The notes: generated from the sequence alone by a model not told the origin. Shown: positions 14,313 through 27,300, counted from the first letter of the whole stretch. The stretch: 60,129 bases of DNA, filler included, from Circinaria calcarea (GCA_051942165.1; 6 parts of 6 records of this genome joined end to end with filler, not necessarily neighbours in it); one strand, 5' to 3'. Numbers and translations are program-made.

Positions 14313-16003
14313 GGTTTAGCTATGGAACGTTCTTGCACTCCGCAAAAGTGAGTTGAGTGCGATGGATGTGTGGTCAAGGTAGAGCTTGGCAAGCAGGATT
14401 ATGAGGCTTCTATCTTAGGACAGTGAGTTAGCTTGGTGGTCGTCGTAATGGAATGGTGCTAACAGAAGGGCAGGCGTGATCCCGGGGCCAGTTAGTAGTA
14501 CTTGCTTTCCTTTGAGGTGGGCAACGTAGAGCAGGTGGGAAGATTACACGTACACTTAAGGAGTGTTCAGAAAGTCAAAGGTCGTAGTTGCAATGCAAGT
14601 CGGGCTGACAAGAGAAAAACTGAAGGAGAGGAGTGTCGTAATGTCGTAGTCGAGTGGATTAAGCCGATTCAAGGAGTGGAGATGATTGACTGTTCTCCCC
14701 AGCTGTCGATGGAAGGATTACGATGGTTACAAAAAGCAGAAGAATTCCGAGGCGAGACTTGGAAGATCCCCAGCTGGATGGAGTATCAAAGGATTAGCAA
14801 GTCAACATGGCCTCCCCGAGAAAAGAACACCAGGTCTGGTGGCTGATGGAAGGGATGGGGAATGATGGATGGTGCTTGACGTGGAGAAAAGTCTGGGTCG
14901 GAAGGAGGATCTCCTGAAGCGAAAGTAGCACCAAAAAACGTTGTGGAATGGAGAAGCAATCAAGCCGTCCAAGTCCAGTTGGGCAAATGAATTGTACCAC
15001 ACGAAGGGTCCAGAGGGCGAAGAGAAGGAAGTCGAGGCTTCTACGGGAGAGCGAGAGAGAGGGAAGAGGAAGGATGGTGGTGGTGATGATGGAGACGGAG
15101 GAATTGAGAAGGTTCGAAGTTTTAGCTTTTGGGCCCGTCTCAGTTCTCACATCACAGCGAATCCCCTTTTAGCCCACATACGCTACGGGGGCACACACAC
15201 GCCAGTCATGGAGGCTCTTAGTCTCACCTGGCCGCCGACCGGGGGGTGAGCAGCACCAGCACACTTCTGGCCTTAGCGGGTCGCTACATTCCGCTTGCTT
15301 GCCTGGGATCAAAGGCGTCATGTTCGAGGGGCGGCCAGCAAATACCCTCCCGTAGTACGAGAGCATCAAAAAGATCCAATGCCAGGGATCTCAACCAAGA
15401 ATTTCCTTCACGCTCAATCTCCTCGGCGACGAGAACGCGATCGAGGTCACTACCTATGGCGTCCTCCTGCATCAAACTCAACCCCACGTATCAAGTAAAC
15501 AAAGTCTTCCCGATAAGCCGACCTCGACCAGTCTACAAAGGAACATACATTATGTACCTGCTGTACTTTAAATGCTGAGCCGTGCTCTACTCTCCACCAC
15601 CCACCCGGGCTAGGATCGCATCTTGCAGCCACCAGGAGATTTCCCCCCACTCGTAATGTATTCTGTTGCTCCACCACACCCCAGCACCCTCGTCGTCGAA
15701 ACCAGTCACAATCTCACCAAACGATAAATCCAAAGTCGGTATCTGCCAAGTAAATATTGTGAGTAGAGATACATCAAGGGAACCGTCTAGAAGGTTATCC
15801 TGAGCATCCAATGGCCAGCCTTTCCCGTGAATGGCCGTGTTTCGCATTAATCACTCGGACGCGTTTCCCGGGGTGTAGGCTTGGCTTTCTTCACGTGAAG
15901 ACCATTTCCTTGGAGCACGCATCCTGTTACTTTTTCCCTCTGTCGCTCTTTGCTTTGGACGGCAGCAGACCGCGGTTCTGGTACTCGTATCTCTTGGATG
16001 GCT

Positions 16004-16047
16004 CTCTGCAGGCTCTGCAGACTCTGCAGGTTTCGTAGACTCTGCAG
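16004..16047. repeat. Short 9-bp-period tandem repeat (CTCTGCAG-n)
   Basis: CTCTGCAG at 16004, 16013, 16022 and 16040, with a degenerate unit at 16031. Confidence 0.7.
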
Positions 16048-18215
16048 ACGCCGGAAAGGTGTTTTTCGCGTCAGGAGAGGGATTCGCACCTTATTTTGTG
16101 CGAGGGTAAGCTGCACACCCTGCGCAAGCCTCTTTCTCCCCTCTACAGATACCGGTTCCAAGAGTCCCATTGGATAGCATCCAGGCCCAGATACCGTTCA
16201 CGTACTGATTGGGCTGCGTCGTCTCGATCCAGCCACAGCCACTTCCACGTGTCAAGGGAAATGCTCGAATGGTTCCCAGAGGACATGGCGACATGATAAG
16301 AGTCGGACGCGGGAACAAATCATGATGCTGTAACTTATACGGTCAAAGTACCTACTCGTTCCTGACTCGACCGCGGTCATTATCCGACCAATTGGGTGGC
16401 AGGGAAGGTTAACGGCCCTTTTGGGACTAGCTGGATCTCGCTTATCTGGTTCGACAATGGTAGGGAAAGTCAAAGGGGGTTTAGCAGCATCCACAAGATT
16501 AATGGTCAGGGACGAAAAGGACTCAACCAACTGTCATCGTGATTGATCAAGCCTTGTTTGTTGTCGAAGACCGCCCTTGAGTGAGAGTCCCGCATCGATG
16601 ACGGCCGAAGCAAGCGACTGCATAATCCCCCCACGGGCAAGCGCACAAGCTTCATTCAAGCCGCTGCATGTCACCAATCTCTGCAGCACCACCCAAACAC
16701 AGTTCAACCCGAAGGGGGTGTATGTCAAGGTACAGCGTACATCGATAGTGAGCGAATACCTCCGTCCAATGGATATCTTGCTGCACCTTGGACCACAACC
16801 TGCCACTCGTCCACATCTTTCTTCACGCTGCCGATGGAATTGAAACATGACGAGAATCGATCGAAGAGTGAATGGGATCTTTGCGCATGCGGCGGCATAG
16901 CGCACGGGAGTTTGAGATGTATTCTAGTCGAAATGCGACCGACCAGCATCTTCCCCGCTTTGCTGGGGGGTTTGCTGCTTGCTGGGGTTGCTCCCGGTTC
17001 AAGGTCCAAGGTACTCGGTAGCAAATAGCGGACGATTGGCAATCTCATCTCAATTTTTACTCTCATCATCATCCAGCTGTAGCGGAGTCAGATCCGGCCA
17101 GCGCTCTGTTACAATCGCCACCTGGGTTCCTGGACCCTCTCCGACGGGATCGTCATAATGGTATTCGAGCGGAATCCTCCAAAAGGAGATGGCTGCTCGG
17201 TAGATTCACTACCTGGTACCGTACCTGAGCCCCTTTCCGACCTTGACACTGGCGGTTGGGTGATGCAAAACGCTGCCGCTTGTACCACCTTCCTTCCCGT
17301 TGGATCATTCTCGTTACTTTCGCAATCCTGCCATGCAACGGCTATCCCCATGCGCCAACGGATAATGGTTGGTTGGCAGCGTCTACAAGCGGGGCTGCCG
17401 GGTGCGTGCAGTTAGACATCATCCTGCCCCAACGGTCGGATCTACTTATGTAGATGAGATCACGGGCAATTTGCCGGCTTCATACCATAAGCGAAATCGG
17501 ACGGACTTCCTCGAGGTGTAGCTAAGTAGGTAAGCAGAGGTTGCCCCCTTTGGCTATATATCCGCAGCAGATTACAATTCTCGGTACTCCACGTTTGCGA
17601 CGGTCGAGTACCTAAAAGCTTATTTTTGGGACTGATATACGGTAGAGGAGTGATGTGTGCGCGACCTCCGAGGTACATTATTAACTGCAACAAATGCATA
17701 TGATCCTTACTCTGTAGTAACACATCCTTCTCTGTACTATTTATTCTATTGCTTTGGGCGGCTGGATCTCTCCTCGGCGGCAACTACCTAAACTTCCCCC
17801 GTATCCGATCATCCATATCGTTGTACCATCACTATTCACTCGAGGTTCCAAGATGGGCGTGATAAATCAAAGGTGCTCGTCGGTCAAATTAAGATGTACA
17901 CGGCCCCATGGCGATGAGCAAGTCGGAAGTGTCCAGTCATCATTTTACAATTGCCTTGTGCGATTACACGACAGTAGCTTGCGATGTGTGCAGCCGGCTA
18001 CAGCCCTTTTGTGGCGTGGCACAGTCCTTGTACTCCTCAAGTAATTCCAAAGAGCAATGCTTCTCAGAAGATGGCCAAGTAACTTCTTCCTGTACTTTCC
18101 GTTACTTGACCTGAGCCTTATTTCCGAATAAACTCAGTCAGAGCCTTCGTTTTCGAATTTAACAAGACCATATTCGTATACTCTTTTCTTTTGAAGTCCC
18201 TTTGAGAACTTGGAA

Positions 18216-19955
18216 ATGAGTGGCAACCCCCCTGCAGAGACCAATCTTACTACAGCGGCACTTACTATCTCCCTATGCGCATTGGCACTTACCCTTGGTC
18301 AACTCCTTGGACAATACTTTGCGACCGCTGATGGCTATCGAAGATGTCAAACATCCGTCATGGGCCCATGGGCAAAGAGAACACGCCTACGATGGCGATG
18401 GGGTCAGTTTCGTTTCGAAACCTTATTCACTACTCCGGAAATACTTCTGGAGCCATACTACATAGACCAAAATCGGCATAGAACTGCGGTGAACAAGACA
18501 AATGAACAAATCGAGTACATTTCGGGTTCATCTGCTTCGCGCATCAAAACAATGGCTGTTTCCTTGGCCGTCAAAAACAACAGTGATGAGTTGGCGTGTT
18601 GGCTACTATTTCTGGAAAGCCTTCATAAGAACGAACAGGAGCTCCACGAGCATGAATGCTACAATTTCGAGTTGCCAAGGGAACGACAACAGCTAGTCGG
18701 TCCGGCAGTCCGGTTTCGTGAGAGGTCATGGGACTTTGTGCCTCCAGATATCTTACGCCCCCTCGCGATTACCACGGTTTCTCACATCGCCGTCATGGCG
18801 AGGCGGCTTGGAATGTCGTGGGTAGCCTTTCGCCCTGAGGACGGCATTATGAGAGCCGAAGGGAATGGACAGATCATCTCTTCCACATTCATAAGGTCCC
18901 ATGGCATCGTGCTACATTACAGGCGTGTTAGTGGAGCAACTTCTTCGTCCCAGACTTCATTCTTGAGTGTCGGGCGAGGCAAAAAATCCAAGATGTACAT
19001 TCCGAGAAGAGAAGCCGATATGATGGGTTTTGGTATTCTACCTGGATATAACCGTCTCATGGTCCCCACATACAAGATAGGCACAAGTGATGAAGTTTTT
19101 GTAACAATGGATATGTTGGATCCTACACGCAAAGCTAGCGACAGACTAAGGGACATCAGACAGCTTCTTGTGGGTAAATGGGACGCAGATTGCGCGTATG
19201 GCTTTTCGGATCTCATTGCTCTCGCAACACCCATGATACGCCTCAGAAATAGTACCATCATTCAACTGCCTATTCCTACGCTTCACTACTCAAGTATAAC
19301 AAGCAACCGAGAGGGATTCGTGGTTTTCCACAACCGACTAAAGGAGTATGTAATTGGGAGAAGCGAAAGGGTACCTACGGTACAGACCATGCCGGCGGAT
19401 TGTAGATTGGAGGCTGTTTCCAAACAATCGACATGGGTCTTACAGCAGTACGAAAGCTTGAAAACCAGATACATCGAATGGGAAGACGAAGTTAGGGCTA
19501 ATGACCATATCGACGACCGTAATATTGCGTTCCTTGAAGATGTGCACACAAATTGGGATACAACGACAGACTACTTCCTTCATCTTGAAGGTGAACTTTC
19601 CTATTACGACCTCATGGCCTCTCATATATCTCTTGCCGTCAACTACTGGGGGGATGCATGGGAGCGCGTGAGGAATAATGAAACCCGGAGTCACTACGGG
19701 CTGAGACTAAGAGCTCTGGAGGCAGAGGGCATGCACTTGTACTTTGACTACCTACCCGGTGTCATCGCGAGTCTGCGACTGAAAGGCTTCAATGGAGCCG
19801 ACGAGCTGGTTCATGAGGCATGGTTCACACTCATGTTTCGGGCATTTTGTTGGTGGCGATGTCATTCCTTCCACCCCGGTCAGGATCAGATATATGGGGC
19901 TTCGATCCTCCCATGGCAGTACTGGGAGAGCAACCTTCCGGTCTATATTGGCTAG
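18216..19955 (+). CDS. Modin (MOD-A)-like protein with N-terminal membrane anchor
   Basis: Intronless 579-aa ORF. ALTLGQLLGQYFATADGYRRC..GPWAKRTRLRWRWGQFRFETLFTTPEI, RSWDFVPPDILRPLAITT, LGMSW..RAEGNG and W.TLMFRAFCW match the fungal 'modin' family pattern as recalled. Confidence 0.7.
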   Translation: MSGNPPAETNLTTAALTISLCALALTLGQLLGQYFATADGYRRCQTSVMGPWAKRTRLRWRWGQFRFETLFTTPEILLEPYYIDQNRHRTAVNKTNEQIEYISGSSASRIKTMAVSLAVKNNSDELACWLLFLESLHKNEQELHEHECYNFELPRERQQLVGPAVRFRERSWDFVPPDILRPLAITTVSHIAVMARRLGMSWVAFRPEDGIMRAEGNGQIISSTFIRSHGIVLHYRRVSGATSSSQTSFLSVGRGKKSKMYIPRREADMMGFGILPGYNRLMVPTYKIGTSDEVFVTMDMLDPTRKASDRLRDIRQLLVGKWDADCAYGFSDLIALATPMIRLRNSTIIQLPIPTLHYSSITSNREGFVVFHNRLKEYVIGRSERVPTVQTMPADCRLEAVSKQSTWVLQQYESLKTRYIEWEDEVRANDHIDDRNIAFLEDVHTNWDTTTDYFLHLEGELSYYDLMASHISLAVNYWGDAWERVRNNETRSHYGLRLRALEAEGMHLYFDYLPGVIASLRLKGFNGADELVHEAWFTLMFRAFCWWRCHSFHPGQDQIYGASILPWQYWESNLPVYIG

Positions 19956-20019
19956 CTGCGGTTCTGGCTTATACCAGAGGCTAGCGCGTCCAACGGCTTT
20001 TATTGCAGACATAGGAGCA

Positions 20020-20119
20020 NNNNNNNNNNNNNNNNNNNNNNNNNNNNNNNNNNNNNNNNNNNNTTAATTAATTAANNNNNNNNNNNNNNNNNNNNNNNNN
20101 NNNNNNNNNNNNNNNNNNN
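20020..20119. other. Artificial contig linker
   Basis: N44-TTAATTAATTAA-N44. Confidence 0.97.
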
Positions 20120-22283
20120 ACATTGACCGTCGGGCAACCCGCCCACTTCTCGTACACCTTCTGGCAAAACCCCTCCCATTCGCCATCGGTCACGGCGTCC
20201 GGGACGGTGAGAATCTCGATGCTAGCGGTGCCGAGGGTGTTGCCGCGCTGGGGCGCCAGGAGTATGTCGCTGCCGCCCATGATGCGGAGTTCGAGCGTGA
20301 GGCGCATCGGACAGGAGACATCGGCGTAGACGAGGTTAATGACGTCCCACCAGGCGCGGCGGACAGGGTCAAAGTCGGGAATATCCGTGCTTCCAGCTTT
20401 GGGAGAAAGCGGGATCTGAAACTCCATGTCGCGGACCCGGGTATTTTGGACTCCCCTGCAATTCAGACGAAATTAGCTTATTGTCCACGGGAAGAGCACC
20501 GTTCGAGGCGCTCTTCCATGGAAACCACAAACCTGCGGAAGTGAAGCGCCTCGGGGACATAGGTAATAATTTCCGGATTCGGGTCCTCGAGGAGCATAGG
20601 GGGTAGAACGGCCATCCCTACTGTTGCAAGCAGCTGACCTTGCCAACGGCCGGGAAGAGCCTGGAAGAACTTGCTGGAGCTGACTGGTAAATCTGTTAGT
20701 GGAAACTTGACATCTACTATGGTGGACGGGACAAATACGTATTCCTCCTAACCAACCCTCGATCCATTGAAGCCATACTCCCGCTGGAGATGGATACCCA
20801 ACGACTCCAGTCATATCTTTGGTAGTATTCCATGTATTCACCCATGCAGTCCGCTGATACGTAAACCAAAACCACTCGGAATAATAGTCATTGGCAGCCT
20901 GGTGCTCGAACTCAGCGAGAGCATCAGCGTACTGCTGGTCAGTGAAATCTTTCCGCAGAGCAGGCGGAATGTCGGCCGTGACGATTGGTGGAATAGCAAG
21001 ACCGATAGGGGGCTTACGGGGTCTAAGCACGGCATATGTCATCGCATCGAGCTCAAAAGTAATATGTGTAACAATACCCAGGAGTCCAAAACAACCAGCT
21101 GCTGCCTTGAGTAGTCTTGGATCTGAAACTTGCTGACGGACACCGTTCGCGTCAACATATTCAACCATACGGACTAGGTCCGAGAGAGTCTTATGACGAC
21201 GACCCGCCCCGTGACAGATAGGTCCATTGACACCACCGATTGTAACTTCGACCAGGATTACGTCCATAGGGAACGTCCAGGCATTATTGGCAACCGCCCA
21301 TCTTCGAAAATCCTCAGCCGTTACCGAGACACCAACTCGGACTAACCTTTTATCTGGTGCCGATAACGCATTGGAAGACGCCAGCTCGATGGTCTTTAGC
21401 TCATTGTTCTTGTCTAAAGCACGTGTAGGTTCTAGGCTGGTAGGATCTGGGATTTCGGTAACTTGCTTAAGATTCAGCAACGATACCAGGATTTGCCCCT
21501 CTTCGGCAAATATAGGGCTCCAGCTGTGGCGGTAGCCGCTGCAGCGAAGACGGAGATTATGCTGCCTGGCATAGAGAACTAGGTTTTGAATGCCTTTTAC
21601 CTTCGTCGGAACAACTGTAATTTTAGGAACATTGTGTATTGATTGTCCCCAATTGTCGAAAGGTACATTTGAGTATACCTAGAATCAAATCCGATCCGAC
21701 CTTAGCATTTGCTTGACGGGCACGCCAAAGGGTCCAGAGACTTAACTATACGCACCTCCATGAGCTCGGTTTGAGCCTCGTTTTCGTAGATAAGAGGAAC
21801 ATCCACAGTTTTCAGGTCTTTTTTCAGACTCTTGATATCGAATTTATGTATACGAAGCTTCCGGAGAGCATCGAGAAGCCGAAAGTGGTGTTTTGCCACG
21901 GGACTAGGCTGCAGAGAGTGATCGAGAAGCCTGAAGTGGTCTTTGGCTGCAGGACTAGGCTGCAGAGAGATATCCTCTTGCCCAATGACATCTGCTGCCG
22001 ACCGGCCTTTTATGAAAGCGTCCAGTCGGCTTTTTGTTCGGTTATCCAGTTTGTTGTATCCATCTCGATACACGGTAGTTTTCTCAAATGTTTTAAGGAA
22101 TCCTCGGAGCTGCACTTCTGGATCGAACTTCTTGCTTCTGACCTGAGTCAGCTGGTCAATCAATTCGTCCAGATTGACCTTTGGAAAGTCGCCGCTAAGT
22201 TCGCGAACATGGTCAATAATTTCCCCTAGTATAAAGTTGTTATTGAGCTTTGAGATATCAGGGGACGGAACGTCAAGAGGCAT
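20120..22283 (-). CDS. FAD-binding (PCMH-type) oxidoreductase, aldonolactone oxidase (ALO/GULO)-like; 3' end cut by contig end
   Basis: FDNWGQS..VRCSGYRHSWSPIF, VTIGGVNGPICHGAG, VEYVDANG, GCFGLLGIVTHITFEL, ALHFR|RGVQNTRVRDMEFQIP, LELRIMGGS..LAPQRGN. At least 3 introns. Confidence 0.82.
21870..21969 (-). repeat. 51-bp (17-codon) internal tandem duplication in the FAD oxidoreductase
   Basis: Encodes SLQPSPAAKDHFRLLDH / SLQPSPVAKHHFRLLDA. Confidence 0.9.
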
Positions 22284-23931
22284 AGTGCTAAATGCTGAGA
22301 TGTAACAAGGGGTCAGTGCTACTAGGTTGAATGTATAGGATATCTCAAATTGCTAAAAAAAAAATCAAGAAATAGAAACCATTCCGTAGCTAAAGAGGCC
22401 GGGAATCTATGCTGCTACCTCGAGCAGAGAAAACCTCCGGCTTTTAAAGAACCAGGCCATGAACAGATGGAGAATTCAGCTGACAGCTCAGCTTAGGAAT
22501 GTGTACGAGGTAAGGGGCCAGGTGGCCGTATTTAAGTTCGATTCCACCAGTCATGAAGAAAAGCATGACTGCCAATGACGGATAACGATGTCTTCGCTCG
22601 TGGTGCTCCCAAACTGTTCAAACGCCCTTGTCAGCTTACAACAGGGGAAGAGAAACGCAGTCACACTGCTTTAATACCCGCACCGGCGGAACATGTGCAG
22701 CCTCAGTGAGCAGTAAGCATCACAAAAGCAGATATCCATCGCACGGTGTGAAGCAATACATTAGAACTAGAACCATGGACAGTCACACCCCACCGGTCAA
22801 ATGCAAATCGAACGGTCCAGTCCAGATGCTGACTTGGAGCGATACCATGCCCGCCAAGATAGTTAGGACAAGGAGTAGTCCTATATACTTCGTATCTTGT
22901 AGAGATGGGGGGTGGCTAGCTGTAGGGTTCGATCATGTGGCAAGCCACATTAATTAAGACACATGGCATCGGCACCTCAAGTCCCCTTGGATCGGTACTG
23001 TTATTGAGGATGCGTACTCCATAGGAAGTGATAGGCTTATGTACGATCATGGGATAGGATTGGGAAAGCTGACTGCAGCACCTCGTGCTTGTCGGGCTAG
23101 CGATAAAATGCGCTTGACTAAATCTAGTCTAGTAGGCAAGTCTATTTACACCGCCAAACCCTAACAGTTTCTCTATCAACCAACGCCCTATGTGCTTTCC
23201 CACACTCCACCTAGTGAGTGACATTCAGTATAGTGGAAGGAGTATTGTCTAAATTGTGTTTCAAGCATTCGCATATCTATAGATCATTCCACAGCAGCAT
23301 CTAAGCCAATGCCTCGAATGGAAGTAGATCCGATCCGAACATGTGATGTGTAATATCATTATTCAACGGTATCTTAGCCCTCATTATGTAAGTACTCCTG
23401 ACCTCCAAACGTATCAGAAAACACCCTGTGCTTAGCTTTGTTCTAACCATACATTCCAAGCCTTGCTCGCTTAACGAGTAAGCCTGTGTGCCATGGCCGA
23501 ATTCAGTGCTCGGTATCTTTTCTCCTGACGAGATCAATGCTTTTCTCTGAAGCCAGAAGTCGAATCGGGGCTGATCCTTCAGTGACCCTTTCTATAGCTG
23601 TATTGCTCCTATATTTCCCTTTGTCCCATTTTGGGAGAGAACTTCAAGCAACTCACGTGAGTAATCGCCATCTGGAGAATCAACTGCGCCTACCGCCTGG
23701 TCCTTTACCACAAGCTTAACCTACATAGCTACCTTCAGAGTCCATCGTATATGTATACCAACGTGGTACGACTTGACACACTAACTTGAGACCTTGAATG
23801 AACTTCCAGAATAAGCCATGGAATGTAATGATGTCTGATAGCTGGACTTCGTCGCAAGTTTCATGCTTCCTCCACTTTGGAAAGTACAAATTATTCGGGA
23901 GTTTGCCGGATATCTCCTCGATAACCCCTAA

Positions 23932-25308
23932 TCAAGTCTCGGCTAGAATTCCAGACGTCCGTAAGGCTAGATCTAGTATGGTCAAGTGCTCATCCGCTCC
24001 ATCAACCAGACGCTTGTCGACTTCTGAGAAGATTGGGACGATCTTGTATTTTTGCTTGTCTGTTATCGTGTCGTTGTAGGCGATCTCTTGGTAGAGCTGT
24101 AATGTTCAGTTAGTAGTCCGACTCTGCGCCATCTGAGGATTAGCTTCGCACCTGCGTGACAACCTGCGTAGCACTCCACCCATCGGCTACCATATCCGTC
24201 ACCACCTTGGCCACGGCCTCATAAACCGCCCCCTTTGTCCGTGGTTGCATTGCCTGAATTAAGCTGTCAATAACGCTGTTTGGTATCACGCCTGCAATCT
24301 CCTCTATACTCCTTGCCGTTACCAACGCATCATTCTCTGAATCAACGTCCATTGCGTCACCATCCCCCCCATCTTCCACTTTCTTTTTTCTTGAATGCCC
24401 AGTTGACTTTGGTGCCACCAATTTAACCGCCCCTACTAACCTCGCCGCGCTCTGTAAGAACGTAATGGCCTTCCTCAAATCCCCCTCACTGCACTTTATC
24501 AACGTATCCACAGCCCCTTCCTCCAGCTTCACACTCTCTGCGCTCGCAATATCCTCCAACCTCCTCCTCGCGTTCCCTTGATCGAGGCTTTTGAATCGAA
24601 ACTTACTACACCGGCTGGCCAACGGATCGATAATCCTCGTCACGTAGTTACAAATCAGACAAAATCTTGTAATCTTACTATATGTCTCCATCGTCCTCCG
24701 TAGTGCACTCTGCGCATCCTGCGTCATGCTGTCTGCTTCGTCGAGAATGATAATCTTGTACGGAGGACAGGGGTATTTGTCTTTGTAGTGCGGAGGCGGA
24801 TTAGAAAGTTGTTGGCGGGCAAAGTCTTTGACCTTCTCGCGGACTATGGAGATACCTCGCTCGTCGGAGGCATTGAGTTCGAGGACGCGGGTGCGGAACA
24901 TTTCAGGGCCATAGAGTTCTTTTGCGAGCGCAAGGATGGTGGACGTTTTGCCGGTACCTGGGGGCCCGTAGAAGAGCATATGGGGGAGCTGAAGAGGTGA
25001 GTTTGGGTACGGTGATGGAAGGTGAATACAGAGGGGATAGTACATTTGAGGCTTGGAGGGTTCGTTGGAGGACGGTGATGGTGTGGTCTTGGGCGGTCAC
25101 ATCGTTGAGACTTTTTGGCCGACTGAGAGGATACATCAGCCACGGTTTTCCCACTTTCTTTAGCTAGGTCCGTTTACTATTTCTCCACCCATGGCTGAAG
25201 CCTTGTCTTGTCCTTGTCGTCTTTGGCAACTGGACTTTTCGAGGAGGATGCGCCATTGGTCGCTGCAACCGCAGCTGCTCTGGCTTTGTTGCTGAAGAAG
25301 TTTGCCAT
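23932..25308 (-). CDS. RFC2: Replication factor C small subunit (yeast Rfc2 / human RFC4 type), 4 exons
   Basis: [73 protein letters not shown] motif, C-terminal [12 protein letters not shown]. Confidence 0.95.
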
Positions 25309-25553
25309 AAACACTGTGCTGGAAAGAAACGTTGCTTTCCTGCCTGGGTGAGGAATGACTGCTGATTTGTTTACTCAGAATTATTATATTGATCTCGTTC
25401 CTGGGTTGACGCGCCAGACTCATTACGCGCTACTTTTATTTTACAGCCCTGGAAAATAGAGTACTTTTATTGCTGACGACTTTTGGTTTAACCACAAACT
25501 TGCCCAGTACATTTTCTTAAACTTTCACAAGTACTTCGAAAAGAAAGACATGC

Positions 25554-25986
25554 CTAGCGATGATTTTTGACCAAAATCAACTCCTCACCAACGCCCGTAC
25601 AATTAGGATCCCAAACCCAATTCACCTTCAATGCTCACAGCATTCGGTTCTGGATACAGAACCGGCACACTTCCACATCCCGTGCACCCATGCAAGTACA
25701 GCTAGCTATTCAACGAGGAAACTCACCCGCGAACCGTTGTAGTCTTGCATCGTGTACTCGAAGAAGGTAAATACCTGGCGAAAGCATGCTATATGCTCTC
25801 CGGCTGTGTACTCGCGGGCGGGCGGGATAGTTTCAGACGTGAAGTACTTCATCGAATTGAGACTCTTGTCTTGGCCCCCCCGGCACCAAAAGCTGCCTCT
25901 ACATTGATGCCCCCTACGGCTTTGACAATGGAAAAGAGGGTGGTAGATGCGAGGAAGAAACTGATGAGTGCGACCACGAGACGCAT
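25554..25986 (-). pseudogene. KP4 killer-toxin-like pseudogene
   Basis: Signal peptide MRLVVALISFFLAS..VKAVGGIN, frameshift, CRGSFWC..EYTAGEHIAC..FLVE*(TAG 25706-25708)LAV, frameshift, HGCTGCGSVPVLYPEPNAVS, frameshift, LKVNWVWDPNC. Colinear with the intact copy at 27301-27741. Confidence 0.85.
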
Positions 25987-26529
25987 GATGATCTAATGAT
26001 ATTAGCCCTGACTGGCTGACTTTGCCATTGCATAGTTCACTTATGTGTATACTAACCAGAAGCATTGTACAGGCAAATCAACTGGAGAGGTTTGGAGCTT
26101 CTTTGCTCTTTGAAGCTAAGAAGACTATCAAGCCACGTCAGTGATTCTGAGCCCAGAATATAATCGTTGTTCCACTCAGTATGGCACACAGTGGTGTAAA
26201 TAGCCATCGAAATCTTCAAGAGGCGTACAAAAAATGTAGCTCACCTTGCATGAACAGAAGAGAAGTCCACTTACACGCTTGATATGCTTAACCAAATATT
26301 TGGGAGATGAAGTGCTTAGGTCTTCTAGAATTTAGAAACGAACTGAAGGTCCTTTGCTAGCAAACTGGGAGGGCTCACTCTGGCTGCTAAACCAGAAAGG
26401 GAAGTATTAACAGCTAGGGCTCCACTTGTGATGCACTGTTGAAACTCAAACCCTTGGAGCAATTGGTTTGGCATGGGAACTCTATCACCTCGATTCGGCT
26501 CGCAGACATTGCAGGTTTGATTCAAACTT

Positions 26530-26966
26530 TCATAGTCTAAAGATTGAGACCCAGCATCCCAGGGACCGGAGGGCATAGGTGGGAAAGTAGCCGATGGTAC
26601 CCCCGTTGTCATACTCTTATGAGGATAAGTCAGATCGCTTCATTCTAATGATATGATCTCTGTGGATCATAGCTTACCTCTCTCGATGAACGCCTCAGCG
26701 CAGTCGCGGTCCAGATTTCCCAGTTCAATTGCCTCCATAACTTGGATGAGCTTTCTGAAAGGTATTTGGAGGAAGTGATAGTGTCCGGGTGCTTTGAGAC
26801 ACTTACAATACAGCTGCACTTGTCCCGGGACGGCATTGACATCCACTAGGCGACATGGCTTTGAGAAGGTTTATCGTGTACAGATATACAACTCAGAACA
26901 ATAACATAGAATTATCAGCCAGAAGACGTGGGTTTCTCCTAGGTGTGTGAGATTCACAAATGACAT
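26530..26966 (-). pseudogene. Small Cys-containing two-exon gene with one in-frame TAA (unknown function)
   Basis: MSFVNL..FWLIILCYCSELYICTR*TFSKPCRLVDVNAVPGQVQLYCKCLKAPGHYHF..FIER|EYDNGGTIGYFPTYALRSLGCWVSIFRL*. Canonical intron 26616-26677 (GTAAGC..CTGAC..AAG); TATA-like TTATATAG just upstream. Confidence 0.4.
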
Positions 26967-27300
26967 ATGGAATGGTCATCTATATAAGTAGGAATTTCTT
27001 CACCATAGTATGTCTGCACATCATTCAGCAATGGTCACTGAGCTCCTGAGAAACAGCACACGGGGTCCTCTTTCAACCTTCAAACGCATATATCCGAATC
27101 ACCACAGGCAAGTAAAGTATGTTTATTGAAAGTCTACAATCAAGATGTCATAAATCAAGTCAATCTGCCCAGGCGGGGACTCATTAACAGAGACAACGAC
27201 TCAGAGCGGAACATGAATAGGGTTTCTTCCACATTACACTGAAACTCGCCTTTCTAATGCTACCTTTCAAGCCCTGCCTTCCCATTTCATCCCTTTCAAT

